NCBI GenBank assembly: GCA_035193785.1
Contig: CP136572.1
Coordinates: 2,036,578-2,100,577, forward strand
Reading direction: 5' to 3'
Length of the DNA: 64,000 nucleotides
From: Planktothrix sp. GU0601_MAG3
GTDB lineage: Bacteria > Cyanobacteriota > Cyanobacteriia > Cyanobacteriales > Microcoleaceae
This document shows positions 23,226-35,478 of this stretch, in pieces. Position numbers and translations under genes: made by a program. Position 1 is the first letter of the stretch. Each line of letters starts with the position of its first letter. The notes under the pieces are model-generated. The model saw nothing but the letters and a program-made list of their open reading frames with translations. It was not told the origin of the DNA and searched no databases.

Positions 23226-23520
23226 CTAAAACGGTTTTGCGATCGCGCCAATTTTCAGGGAAAAACTGTCCGGTTTTTTCGGCTAAATAAATTAAAATAG
23301 CCCCGGATTCAAAAATAGATAAAGGTTCACCCCCATCAACGGGATCGAAGTCAATAATGGCAGGCATTCGATTATTAGGCGCAATTTTCAGAAATTCCGG
23401 TTTGAATTGAGCCCCCGTCCCAATATTAATCGGAATAATTTGATAGTCTAATCCAGTTTCTTCTAAAAATATTGAGATTTTGTGACCGTTGGGTGTCGGC
23501 CAGTAGTGAAGTTCAATCAT
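23226..23520 (-). pseudogene. Glutathione S-transferase, 5' part, interrupted by IS
   Basis: YWPTPNGHKI, PNNRMPAI and IFESGAILIYLAEKTG motifs. Confidence 0.9.
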
Positions 23521-23587
23521 AATTTTGAAACTCAAAAATTGCCGATAGCTAAAACTTGAAGGAGGCGTAAACGCCTCACTACAAAGT

Positions 23588-23893
23588 TTATAGGTCTTCT
23601 TGGAAGTCTTTTAAAATTCTTAGCAGGTCTTGAATTCCTGCATTGGGAATTAAATTCACTAAGGAGGTCGTCTGTTTTCCACCCCCTAAGTTGACATAAA
23701 CTTTTTGCAAGACCTGTTGAACTTCACTTTCGGTAAAGTCTCCCTGCTCTAAAATGGGATAAAGTTGTTCTGCCAATTGTGTATGCAAATGGGCATCGGC
23801 TAAATAAAGATGCCATTTGGCAATATCGATATAGATATTTTCCCCAATTTCAGCGGCTAATTTTTCCAGGGTTTTTGTATCTAAAACAGACAT
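23588..23893 (-). CDS. DUF3181-like conserved cyanobacterial protein
   Basis: LAAEIGENIYIDIAKWHLYLADAHL and LGGG motifs. Confidence 0.75.
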   Translation of the reverse strand: MSVLDTKTLEKLAAEIGENIYIDIAKWHLYLADAHLHTQLAEQLYPILEQGDFTESEVQQVLQKVYVNLGGGKQTTSLVNLIPNAGIQDLLRILKDFQEDL

Positions 23894-23944
23894 GATTAAA
23901 CTCCTAAATAATTAAGGGTTAACGATTAATGGTTAACTCCAATG

Positions 23945-24205
23945 TTATTGATCGGGGGTGACCGGAGAATAGTTGGCGATCGCGAAAATATAAATGCCAT
24001 GAATGGCGATCGCAGATAACCACACCAGGGTAAATGGGGTTAACCAAGACCAGTCCGTGGATTGCAGATTATGGAAAAACCATAAACCCGAATTAATCGT
24101 GGCAAAAATAGCAACATGGGTGGCAAAATTCACCCGATCGTCCAAACGGCGATAGTCTGGATCTTTCCGGTCAGGTTGACGGGGCCAACGAGGAGGCATA
24201 GACAA
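23945..24205 (-). CDS. 2TM-domain small membrane protein
   Basis: MPPRWPRQPDR..PDYRRLDDRVNFATHVA followed by two hydrophobic helices. Confidence 0.75.
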   Translation of the reverse strand: MSMPPRWPRQPDRKDPDYRRLDDRVNFATHVAIFATINSGLWFFHNLQSTDWSWLTPFTLVWLSAIAIHGIYIFAIANYSPVTPDQ

Positions 24206-24238
24206 TTAATTCCCAAGCATTTCCATTCCATTTTAGGC

Positions 24239-24760
24239 TTAACTGGGATTGACTTCTATCTGTTGTTGGTAGTCCCCGGATTTTCCCCCGGTTTTACTCA
24301 ACAGCCGAATTTCCTCAATCACAATGGATTTTTCTAGGGCTTTGGCCATGTCATATAAGGTCAAAGCCGCCACGGAAACGGCCGTTAATGCCTCCATTTC
24401 TACCCCGGTTTCCGCTTTGGTCAAAACTTCCGCCCGAATCTGATACCCGGGTAATTCGGGATCGGGAATAATTTGGACATCAATTTTGCCCAGGGGTAAG
24501 GGATGACAGAGGGGAATTAACTGGGCCGTTTGTTTGGCCGCCATGATTCCCGCCAGTTTCGCTGTCCCTAAAACATCCCCTTTCGGCGCGTTTCCGGCTT
24601 CGATGGCGGCAAAGGTACTCCTTAACATCCTGACCTGTCCCCCGGCGATCGCCCGGCGACGAGTTACCTCTTTGTCTGACACATCTACCATCCTCGCTTC
24701 CCCGGTTTCATCTAGGTGGGAAAGGCGATCGGCGGAATCCGAAAAAAAATTGTTTGCCAT
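24239..24760 (-). CDS. moaC: Cyclic pyranopterin monophosphate synthase
   Basis: [31 protein letters not shown] and KTGGKSG motifs. Confidence 0.97.
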   Translation of the reverse strand: MANNFFSDSADRLSHLDETGEARMVDVSDKEVTRRRAIAGGQVRMLRSTFAAIEAGNAPKGDVLGTAKLAGIMAAKQTAQLIPLCHPLPLGKIDVQIIPDPELPGYQIRAEVLTKAETGVEMEALTAVSVAALTLYDMAKALEKSIVIEEIRLLSKTGGKSGDYQQQIEVNPS

Positions 24761-24834
24761 TTGGGAAAAATGTGTTATGCTAATAAAGCAGTCAAAAAAA
24801 GCCGATTTTTGAGATTGTTGTGCTGAACTGACGG

Positions 24835-24908
24835 GGGCTTGTAGCTCAGTGGACTAGAGCACGTGGCTACGGACCACGGTGTCGGGGGTTCGAATCCCTC
24901 CTAGCCCG
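24835..24908 (+). tRNA. tRNA-Arg(ACG)
   Basis: Cloverleaf with D-arm TAGCTCAGTGG, anticodon arm CGTGG-CTACGGA-CCACG and GTTCGAATCC T-loop. Confidence 0.95.
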
Positions 24909-24930
24909 TTAGATAACTTAATATCAGGTT

Positions 24931-24998
24931 TAGGGGAAAATTTATCAAGAAGCCGCGTCGTGAGCTTGTCGAACGGTTGATAAGTTTTCCCCTTTTTC
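24931..24998. terminator. Hairpin downstream of tRNA-Arg (AGGGGAAAATTTATCAA...TTGATAAGTTTTCCCCTTTTT) with a long loop
   Basis: Inverted repeat followed by a T tract. Confidence 0.6.
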
Positions 24999-25024
24999 AA
25001 AAACTTGTCATTTCTGCTTAAATC

Positions 25025-25056
25025 AAGTAGGGGCGAATGGCCATTCGCCCCTACTT
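25025..25056. repeat. Perfect 32-bp GTAG-type REP-like palindrome
   Basis: AAGTAGGGGCGAATGG|CCATTCGCCCCTACTT. Confidence 0.85.
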
Positions 25057-25078
25057 CTAATGTTAGGGGGTTATTTGT

Positions 25079-27777
25079 TTATTCTTCTTCCCCAGATTCC
25101 CCAGACTCCCCAGGTTCTCCAGATTCTTCAGAATTGGATAGACTTTCCGCGTCTTCTTCCCCAGAAGCGGGAACAATAGCAACCGCAGCAATGGAATCTT
25201 CCTCGTATAATCGCTGAAACCCGAACCCCGGTAGCACTTCGAGATTGCAGGGGAATGGCATTCACGACTTGACGAATAATAATTCCTCGACTGCTAATTA
25301 ACATTAATTCATGGGTTTCATCCACGACTTTTAAAGCCACGACTTCATCTTTTTTCGCATGGGGTTTAAACTTGGTGGCAATAATTCCTTTCCCAGCCCG
25401 ATTTTGTAGGCGGAATTGGGACACTGGAACCCGTTTTCCATAACCACTGGCGGTTATGACCAAAACCGATAATCCTAGGGAGTTGACCTCCGCTACCACT
25501 TCAGTTAGTTCGTTTTCTTCGGTGGTTTCCGTGGTGGTTAGTTCGTTTTCTTCCTCGATAGTTTCTACCGTCGTTAGCACTAATTCTTCATCAGTTTCAG
25601 GTTCTTCTCCCTCCGCTTCCACAAAATTAGAAATAATCGCACTAGGCAAAATATCCATGCTGATTAGGGTATCATCCCCTTTCAATTTCATGGATTTAAC
25701 GCCACGGGTTGCCCGTCCCAAGGGTCGCAATTGTTTATTATTGGCTTTAAAATGAATGGCCATACCGTGACGGGAACCAATGATAATACCATCGTCAACT
25801 TTTGCCCGTCTGACCCAGCGTAATTCGTCTCCTTCTTCTAAGGAAATGGCAATCAAACCATTAGTTCTAATATTACTAAAGGCGGAGAGTTGAGTCTTCT
25901 TAATAAATCCTCCTTTAGTTAACATCACTAAGTATTCATCATCGCTAAATTCGCTAACGTGAACAATAGAAGTGATCCGTTCTTCCTTGGGAATGGGTAA
26001 CATTTGAACGATGGGAACCCCCCGCGCAGTGCGGGATGAGGCGGGGATTTGATAGGCTCTGATACTATAAACCACCCCCCGATTACTAAAGAATAAAATC
26101 GTGTCATGGTCGCAACAGGTGATAAAGTGTTCAACTCCATCATCCTCTTTCATTTTTGTGCCTTGTTTACCTTTTGTGGCTCGACTTTGGGCGGCAAAAG
26201 TATTAACGGGCATTCGTTTCATGTAGCCCTGTTCTGTTAACAGAATTAAGGCTTTTTCATTGGCAATTAAATCAGTATCTTCTAACTCGCCTTCCGTGTG
26301 TTCAATCACAGTCCGACGAGGGGTATTAAACTTTTGTTTGAGTTCTAGGGCTTCATCTTCAACGATTTCTAAAATTCGTTCTCGTCGGGCTAAAATATCC
26401 TGTAAATCGGCAATTTTGGTTTGCAGTTCTTGGTGTTCTTGGTCAATTTTTTGAGCTTCTAAGGCCGTTAACCGTCGCAATTGCATTTGTAAAATTGCAT
26501 CGGCTTGCTGCTCAGAAAACTCATAGTTAGTAATTAATTCTTGTTTGGCTATGGGAATATCTGCCGCGTGACGAATTAAGGCAATAATTGCATCTAAATT
26601 TTCTAAGGCAATTAATAAACCCAGTAAAAGGTGATCCCGTTCTTGGGCTTTTCTGAGTTCATATTCCGTGCGTTTGCGGATAGTTTGTTCCCGGAAATGC
26701 AGGAATACTTCTAAAAAGCGTTTGAGGGTGAGAATTTCAGGACGGCCATTAACTAGGGCTAACATATTAGCCCCAAAATTGGTTTGTAGGGGCGTTTGTT
26801 TGTAGAGGTTATTGAGGATAACTCGGGGGTAAGCATCCCGTTTGAGTTCAATTACGATCCGCATTCCATCCCGATCGCTTTCATCGCGGATATCGGAAAT
26901 CCCCTCTAATTTCTTATCATTTACCATTTCAGCAATGCGTTCAATCATCGCTGCTTTATTGGTTTGATAAGGTAGTTGGGTGACAATAATTGCTTCTCGA
27001 TCGGGTCTACCTTTATGTTCGATGGTTTCAATGCTGGCAATACCGCGCATGGTAATGGAACCCCGACCATCGGTGTAGGCTTCTTTAATTCCTGATGTGC
27101 CTAAAATTTGCGCTCCGGTGGGAAAATCAGGCCCGGGAATATGGCGCATTAATTCAGCTATGGTAATCTCGGGATTATGAATTAATGCTAGTAAACCATC
27201 GACTAATTCCCCTAAGTTATGGGGGGGAATATTGGTCGCCATCCCCACAGCAATTCCCGAAGATCCATTTAATAGTAATTGCGGAATTCGTGCGGGTAAA
27301 ACTAAAGGTTTCCTGTTGAGATCCATCGAAGTTATCGCCGAAAGCTACGGTTTCTGAATCGATATCTCGCAGTAGAGAATCACTGGTTAAAGCTTGTAGA
27401 CGACATTCGGTATACCGCATAGCCGCGGGGGGATCGTTATCCACCGAGCCAAAGTTGCCATGACCGTTAATTAAAGGCGATCGCATGGAAAAGTCCTGTG
27501 CCATCCGCACCAAGGCATCATAAACGGCCACATCTCCATGGGGGTGATATTTACCGAGTACCTCCCCCACCACACGGGCGCATTTACGGAAGGGCCGATC
27601 GGGTGTTAAGCCCAATTCGTTCATCGCGTACAAGATCCGACGGTGAACGGGTTTCAAACCATCCCGTGCATCTGGCAGCGCTCGCCCTACAATCACGCTC
27701 ATGGCGTATTCTAGGTAGGACTGCTGCATTTCATTTCTCAGATCCGTCGGGACAATTCTCGACTCAGAGGTACTCAT
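25079..27777 (-). CDS. gyrA: DNA gyrase subunit A (apparent frameshifts at ~27308 and ~25216)
   Basis: [42 protein letters not shown], GyrA-box-like QSRATKG, C-terminal blades and acidic tail. Confidence 0.95.
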
Positions 27778-27957
27778 ACCTTCAAAAACTCCATTACAAT
27801 TTAAAATTAGTCACATTTAACCGAAAATATTAATAGAAAAAAAATCACTTTCGGTAGGGGTTATAAAATCAGTGACTAATGCCTAAAATTCTACCATAAT
27901 TTGCCTTCTTTTTGGGGGTAAAATCTTGGATTTAAAATTGAAAAAAACCCTTGACAA

Positions 27958-28879
27958 ATGCTAACAGTTATTTATTCTGACGAATTCCTCAATCATAAGA
28001 CGGGATTGTTCCACCCCGAACGGCCAGAACGGTTAACGGCGATTGTAAACGCCCTCAAATCCGTGCCTTGGACGGAACAGTTACGCTGGGAACAGCCGAC
28101 TCCAGTAGCCGATCGCCTAAAATCTTTAATTAAGCTCTTGGAAACAGTACATACTCCCGCCCATATTCAGCAGGTGAAAGCGATCTCAGATCGGGGAGGG
28201 GGGTATTTAGATGGGGACACTCCCCTGTCGGCGGAAAGTTATGATGTGGCACTCTTGGCGGTGAGTGCTTGGTTGGATGGGGTGGATCGGGTCTTAGATA
28301 GTAGACGTCCGGCTTTTGTTTTAGCTCGTCCCCCGGGACATCATGCGGAATCGGATCGGGGTATGGGATTTTGTTTATTGTCTAATGCTGCGATCGCGGC
28401 CTATTACGCCCTCAAAAAGCCGGGAATTCAGAAGGTGGCGATTTTAGATTGGGACGTTCATCACGGTAATGGAACTCAAGAGTTAGTGGAAGATAATCCT
28501 CGGATTGCTTACTGTTTCTTTACATCAATCCCCTTGTTATCCGGGGACGGGATATGCGGATGAACATGGCTCTCACAACAATGTTCTAAATATTCCCATG
28601 TCTCCGGGTAGCACGATTGAGTTATACAAACCCGCCTTTGAAGGTTATATTATGCCCTTTTTACGGCGGTTTGAGCCGGATCTGCTGATCGTGAGTGCGG
28701 GATACGATGCTAACCGAGATGATCCCTTAGCCAGTATTTCTCTACAGCCCGAAGACTATGGACTGTTTACCGAATATTGTCTACAACTGACTTCTAAAAT
28801 TGTCTTTGGACTTGAGGGGGGCTATGATTTGCCGAGTTTATCTCAATCGGTGGTGGCTACCTTAGAAAAATGTTTGTAG
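27958..28879 (+). CDS. Histone deacetylase-family (AcuC-like) protein (apparent frameshift at ~28514)
   Basis: HPERPERL, RPPGHHA, GFC, DWDVHHGNGTQ, SAGYD and LEGGY motifs. Confidence 0.92.
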
Positions 28880-29175
28880 GTTGATGGTTTATCTGCCATT
28901 CCTGAATAGGTTGTGATATTATATCATGGGTTTGGGGACTAAACCCGGTTTATGACTAGGTTTGGATACCAAACCCCTAGGTTTAAATGCAGCGACGACT
29001 TAACGGGCCAGGGGCAGGCAGTGCACATTGATTCAAATCACAACAGTTATCCAGATCAATCACAAATTTACATAGCTTGGAATCACTTAATATTCTGTAC
29101 AAAAAGTTCATAATTAATCTATACAAGCTCACGAACTTTCGTCCTTGAGCAAACCATTCTAAGTAGAGGTGATCC

Positions 29176-29370
29176 ATGATGACATACTGTCCCGTACCCC
29201 TTGAGGAGCTTTTTGGTCAAATTATGTTTTCTAGCGTGGTGACTCGTAGCGATCGCCAAAACCTAAGATCCGCCCTTTTAGCAGATAGTTTGACTGAAGA
29301 CGAAAAGGCAATTATTAACCGACTACTTTACAATGTCCGCAGAGGTTGGGTGAAGTTAGTTGATATGTAG
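29176..29370 (+). CDS. Small conserved cyanobacterial hypothetical protein
   Basis: RBS-like GAGGTGA upstream; TRSDR..L.SALL..SLTEDE..IINRLLY.VRRG pattern. Confidence 0.65.
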   Translation: MMTYCPVPLEELFGQIMFSSVVTRSDRQNLRSALLADSLTEDEKAIINRLLYNVRRGWVKLVDM

Positions 29371-29520
29371 TTGATGGTTTTAAAATCACAACATGATCAA
29401 CAACTTTTTTAAAAAAAAATTTATTTTGGTTTGTGCTTTCTATTCCTAAGTTTGGTGAAGTTGATCAATCTTCGATACAATATCAATCGTTAACTGCAAA
29501 TTCAGGATTGATCCTAACCC

Positions 29521-30229
29521 TTGTTATCCCCATCTCTACTGGTTGCCCATGGTAGCCGCGATCCTCGTCCCCAAGAAGCCTTAAGTCAATTGGCTAAACG
29601 CCTAGGGGAGCTTCCCGGCCGTTTCTTTAGTGGGAACTGCCACTTTAGAATTAGCTCCCCTTCCTCTACATCAACAGATCCAAGATTTTGCCAAGTTAAG
29701 TCAATCTTGGGGATATTCTCAAGTCAAAATTTTACCTTTATTTCTCTCATCGGGCGTTCATGTTAACACGGATTTACCCGCAGAAATTGCGATCGCCCAA
29801 GCACAAATTGGCTCAGAAATTCAACTAAATTTATTACCTTATTTTGGTTCTCAAGTCAACCGTTTAGCCCCTTGGATCGCTACAAAAATGGCAACGGTTG
29901 AAATGGAAAATTGGATTTTAATAGCCCATGGAAGTCGCCATCCAGGGGGAAATCAACCTATGGAACAATTAGCGGCTCAAATCGGGGCAATTCCTGCCTA
30001 TTGGTCGGTTTCTCCCAATTTAGAAACCCAAATTCAAGTATTAATTTCACAGGGAGTTAATCGGATTGGGATTATTCCCTATTTTATGTTTTCCGGCGGT
30101 ATAACCGATGCGATATCCCAATCAATTCAACAGTTTTCTCAACAATTCCCCACCGTGGAATTTAATTTGATTTCACCTTTAGAAATAGATGAAAATTTAG
30201 TTAATTTAATTAGGGATTTATTGCTATAA
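29521..30229 (+). CDS. cbiX: Sirohydrochlorin chelatase CbiX/SirB (apparent frameshift at ~29621)
   Basis: LVAHGSRDP, LPLFLSSGVHV..DLP and a second AHGSR motif. Confidence 0.8.
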
Positions 30230-30258
30230 ATAGAAACAAAAACAACTCAAATTTCACT

Positions 30259-30339
30259 TCACGAATTTAAGAGGATTATACAGATTAACACAGATTAAAA
30301 TCCGTGAAATCCGTGAAATCTTCTTAAATCCGTGATCCC
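30259..30339. repeat. Dispersed ~80-bp hairpin repeat (ACGGATT/AATCCGT 9-mer family), copy 1
   Basis: Matches 59111-59191 and, inverted, 63441-63507. Confidence 0.8.
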
Positions 30340-33105
30340 TATCTTGGTTGTAACTTAGGAATTTCGATCACACATTCCGTCCCTAACCCAGCTTCTGAAA
30401 TGCAGGATAATTGACCTTTATGGGTTTCGACGATAATTTTATAACTGGTAGACATTCCTAAACCCGTTCCTAACCCGACATCTTTAGTTGTAAAAAACGG
30501 ATCAAAAATTTTAGCTAAAACCTCGGCGGACATTCCAATTCCATTATCAGCAATTCTAATTTGTACGCGCTGGGAATCTGTTAAGGAGGTTGTAATCCAA
30601 ATTACACCCGGATCAGCAATAATTTCCTTTAATAATCGCTGTTTATTGCGTTGTTTCCACAGCATCAATGGCATTAGCCAATAAATTCATAAAAACTTGA
30701 TTGAGTTCCCCAGCATAGCATTCAACAGGGGGTAAGTTTCCATATTGTTTAATTACTTGAATAGCTGGATGATGGGGTTGTTCTTTTAGGCGACTTTCTA
30801 ACAACATTAAAGTGCTGTCTAAGTTTTCATGTAAATCGATATTTTTCAGTTCTGATTCATCTAAACGAGAAAAAATTCTCAGGGATTTAATAATATCTCT
30901 AATTCGCTCCGCCCCAGTTTTCATTGAATTTAATAATTGAGGGAGATCTTCTGCAATAAAATCTAGTTCGACTGCTTCTAATTTTTCTTCTATTTCTAAT
31001 TCAGGATGGGGATAGTGTTTTTGATATAGTTTAATCACGGAAAATAAATCATCCAGATATTCTTTAGCATAGGTGAGATTTCCAAAAATAAAGCTCACGG
31101 GATTATTAATTTCGTGGGCAATTCCGGCAACCATTTGTCCTAAACTTGACATTTTTTCTGAATGAACTAATTGCATTTGAGCTTGTTGCAATTTAGAAAC
31201 TGTTTGTTCTAATTCCCAGGTTTTTGCCGTTGATATTATAGCAGATTCCTGGGATTTTGTATAGAGTTTTGCTTGATTAATTGCAATTTCTAATTGATTG
31301 ATAACAGAGCGTAAAAGTTCGACTTCTTGAGGTTTCCAAGGACGAGTTTTTTGACAATTGGCTAATACTAAAGCTCCAATATCACCGGATTGAATTTTCA
31401 ACGGGAAAATTAACACTGATTCCAATTCTAAAACCATTAAAAAATTCCGCACCGATGAAATTTCATAGGTAATTACCTGATCAATTTGGATCATTTTTCC
31501 CCGTAAAACCATCTCACTAATCGGGCGTAGGGCATCCCCTGGATACATTTCAGAAATACTGACTAAATTCGAGGCTTTAGATTCCTTGAGGATTTCCCAT
31601 TCTGGAGGATCTAATTCGCTGTGATATCCCACAAAATAACAGCGATCAATTCCTAATAATTGACGAATTTCTTGTACCGTTGTTTCTAAAATTGTATTCC
31701 AATCTAGGGAATTTCTAATCAAATTACCGATGCTATTTTGCATCTTTTCTCGTTCGGCTAATTCCCGCAGTTGTTGTTCTGAATTTTGCCAAGCTGCTTC
31801 GGTTTGTTTGCGATCGCTAATATCTAAAAGTAAACCATCCCAAACAATTGATCCATCGGGTTGTTTCCCTAAACTGCCTCCGGCTTGTATCCACTTTATT
31901 CTACCCGAGGGAGTAATTAAACGGTATTCATGTTGCCAAGGTTTTCCCGTATCTACGGCCTGAGCCATGGAATCTACAAAGCCATTCAGATCATCAGGAT
32001 GAATTAATTTCCACAAGAAATCAGCATTTTTTAAAATAACTTCAGGTCTAATTTCTGTTAATTCTAAACATTTCGGGCTTAAATAGGTAAAACAGCCCTG
32101 TTCTTGATGATTATATTGATGATATTGATAGGTGACTCCAGGGACATTTTCTGCCAATTGTTGGAAGCGAATTTGTGACTTTTGTAACGCTATTTCTGCA
32201 TTTTTTCTGGCGGTGATATCCAAAGAAGTCCCGATAATTCGATAGATTTTTCCTCCGGGATCTAAAATGGGATTGAGGGTGGTTAAAGAAAAGGTTTGTT
32301 TTTCCTGAAACCAAATTTCTTCCTCATATTGAATTGAGGTTTTAGCTTGAATACAATCTCGATAATGTTGTAGAACTTTTTCCCCTTCTAGCAAACCGAA
32401 AATTTCCGTAAAGGTTTTTCCATAAACCTCGGCGGATTTCTGTCCGGTCATTTGTTCAGCTTTGGGATTCCAACCTAAACATCGAAAGTTGTTTTCATGA
32501 AAAACTGCCACAACAAAAATAACCTGTTCTACGCCGTTATAAATATTTCTTAAAAATTCTTCTTGTTCTTCTAAAACCGCTTCGATTTTTTCCGGTTCTA
32601 TTGAGTCATCTGAGGGATTAAACAAACTTAAAACTTGTTCAATTTTATCGGTCGCTATTCCTTCATTTTTGATGGTTTCAGGATAGCAAGGACAACAATT
32701 CTGAGCTATTGGGGGTGGACTTTCTAAAATTAATCCATCGAAAATTAGATCGCCATTGGGTTGAGGACAAGCTTGGGCGATCGCAGATAAATACTTGATT
32801 TTTCCTTCGGGAGTTTGATATTGCCATTGTCGTTGCCAAGGAATTAATTTTTGGGCGCAGGTTACAAGGGATTGAGTAAAAACCTGTTGATCCCAATCAT
32901 TCATCCATCCCCACATTAAAGCGGAATTATGCTGAATTTCATCGGGTTCTCGCTCGTAAATTCTTCGGCAACTAGGACTAATATATAAATACTCTTGAGA
33001 ACCATCAGGGTGTAGCAGCAATTGATAAATTACCCCGGGCAAATTATCGGCGATCTGATGCAGATCTACTTGATACTGCTCACCCTGTGGAATTATGCTA
33101 GTCAT
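30339..33105 (-). CDS. PAS-PAS-PAS-GAF sensor histidine kinase (apparent frameshift at ~30653)
   Basis: [11 protein letters not shown] repeats, GAF region, [24 protein letters not shown] and GTGLGMS motifs. Confidence 0.9.
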
Positions 33106-33212
33106 GTTAAAGGTGCATCCGAAAACCTAAAGAAATTATATCGTTTCTTAGGGTTTTTTGAATCTCCAATTTCACAGAATCGGGTCTATATTTTACCCAA
33201 ATCCACTAGACT

Positions 33213-33615
33213 TCAGATATTAGACTTGACTGTCTGATTCAAAATTTTTTCAATCGTATGCAGTAGTTTTTCTTCAGAGAAAGGCTTGGTCAAATACTCC
33301 GTTGCCCCGGATAACCGACCCTCCACCTGATCCTGAGCCCCATCCCGGGAGGTGAGCATCACAATCGGCAGGTGATTAAAATTGGGTAATCCTCGTAAAA
33401 TTCGACACAGTTTCTAAACCATCCATTCCGGGCATGGAGACATCTAAAAGCATTAAGTCAATAGACTGCTGATGGAGTACCATTAATGCCTCAGTGGTAT
33501 TGTTGGCAAAAACTAGCTGATAGTGTTTTTCTAAAATCCGTTTCACCAGTTTTTGCACAGGGATGCTATCATCAACAGCGAGAACTGTACTCTGAGATTT
33601 TACAGATGTATACAT
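33213..33615 (-). CDS. Single-domain (CheY-like) response regulator (apparent frameshift at ~33410)
   Basis: VLAVDDS and LLDVSMPGMDG; corrected frame gives LCRILR...PIVMLTS...EYLTKPF and TGA at 33213. Confidence 0.85.
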
Positions 33616-33890
33616 CTTAAATACTCCACTTTATTCTCTAAATTTATGGACATTAGGCAGATTTTAGAATGAACTTTTTTGGTGGCATTGACCGTCATAT
33701 TAATTGATTATATCCCACCTAAAACTAATTTTTTTCCTGTGTTATGATCACTTTATTGAATCATATAAATCTTCACAATACAAAATAAAAATCAATGATT
33801 AATTTTCCATCTAAAACTAACCTATTTATCCTTTTGGGATATAATAACAGTGTCTCCTGTTTCAACTTATAAGGAGGGTGTGAGAAATCT

Positions 33891-35421
33891 ATGTCAACTC
33901 TGGATTACCAAGCAAAAAGAGCCTATCAAAGAGGAGTCAAATGGCTAGTGGTGATGACTCTATTAACTGGAGTCAGTTTAGCAAGTGTGGTTTTGTATTA
34001 TAAACTGCAAAAAAAGGACTCCGAAGCGGTTGCTGCGGGGTTACAGAAAGTGGAATTGGGAACAGTTGAAAACAAAATTAGTGAGGGGGGAACCGTTGTA
34101 TTGGGGGGAGAACGAACCATTAAATCCCCAAACGAGAGTGCAGTAGATCGGATTTTTGTGAAGGTAGGTGATCCGATTACTCAGGGTCAAAATTTAATTC
34201 GGTTAAGGTCTGCTGACGGGGAAAATTCCTTACTGCAAAAACAATTAGAGATTCAGAATAAAGAACTTGAAATAGAACGAAATCGCCAAAAAGTAGAAGA
34301 AGCAAAAACCAAATTAAGAAATTCCGAAATCACTTATAGAAATGAGTCAGAAAAGTATGAACAGCAAGTTAAATCCAAACAAAATGATAAAAGGATAAAA
34401 ATCAAAAAAGCTCAAGCAGAAATAGAACGCCAAAAAGAAAAATTGATTGAGATTCAAGAAGAAATAAATACTTTAGAAGTAGAATTAACTAAATCTAATT
34501 TGCTTTTAGAACGGGGGTTTATAGCCGAGAAAGAATTAGATGAAAAAAAATCAAAAATTCGCGAGCAAGAAGCCAATTTAAGAAATGAAAAATTAGCCTT
34601 AAAAAATCATATCTTTCAATTAGAAACCGATCAAAATGAATTTTTAGATGTCACACTCCCCACCAATGATACCTTATTAGCTGCTAAAATCGAACTCCAA
34701 CAGGTGCAGTCCGAGCTTCAACAAAGTTTAAGTGGACTTCAGCTACTCAAAGTACAATATAAAGAAGAAGAATCAGAGTTACAAAATAATCTTGTAACTT
34801 CACCTTTGGATGGGGTTGTACTAGATATTAATCTTAAACCCGGGGATGGAATTAACCGAGGAGATGATTTAATTACGATTGGAGACCCAAATCAAGAACT
34901 GGTTCAACTTCAGTTATCAACCCTGAATGCGGCTCAAGTTAAACCGAATCAAGTCGCCCGAATTACGATTATGGGCCCCAATCCCCAACCCTTTCTAGGA
35001 CGAGTTCAACAGGTGAATCGACAAGCTGTGTCCGACACTGATGATAGTCAATCTAGCAGTTCATCCGGTCAAGCAAAGGTTTCCTGCTACGGTCAGATTA
35101 GATCAACCAACCCGAGTATTAATTCCAGGGGGTCGGGTGAGTGTTGACATTATTTTAGAACAACAGAAAAACGTGATTGCGGTCAATACAGAAATGATTC
35201 AATCCGAAGGAAAATCGTCTTTTGTCTGGAAATTAGACGAGAATAATCAAGCCCAAAAACAACCCGTCACCCTGGGATTAGAAGATTTAACTAAAGTTGA
35301 AATCAAATCCGGTTTAAAAGTAGGTGATACCTTAGTAATTCCTCCAACCGATACCCCCCTACAACCGGGAATGGTGATTATTGAGGAAGAAAAAGATAAA
35401 AATTTGGACTCAGAAAGCTGA
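33891..35421 (+). CDS. Efflux RND/ABC periplasmic adaptor (HlyD-like) (apparent frameshift at ~35079)
   Basis: N-terminal TM, lipoyl-like halves (IFVKVGD, SPLDGVV), long coiled coil, VEIKSGLKVGD. Confidence 0.85.
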
Positions 35422-35478
35422 TGGGACTGTAAAATGCTATGATCAAAAGATTGGATTCATCCTTAATATTTTCAACCA

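Noticed and set aside
23107..23535. 142-aa ORF as a complete GST
   Set aside because: It is the GST 5' half reading through into the IS left end.
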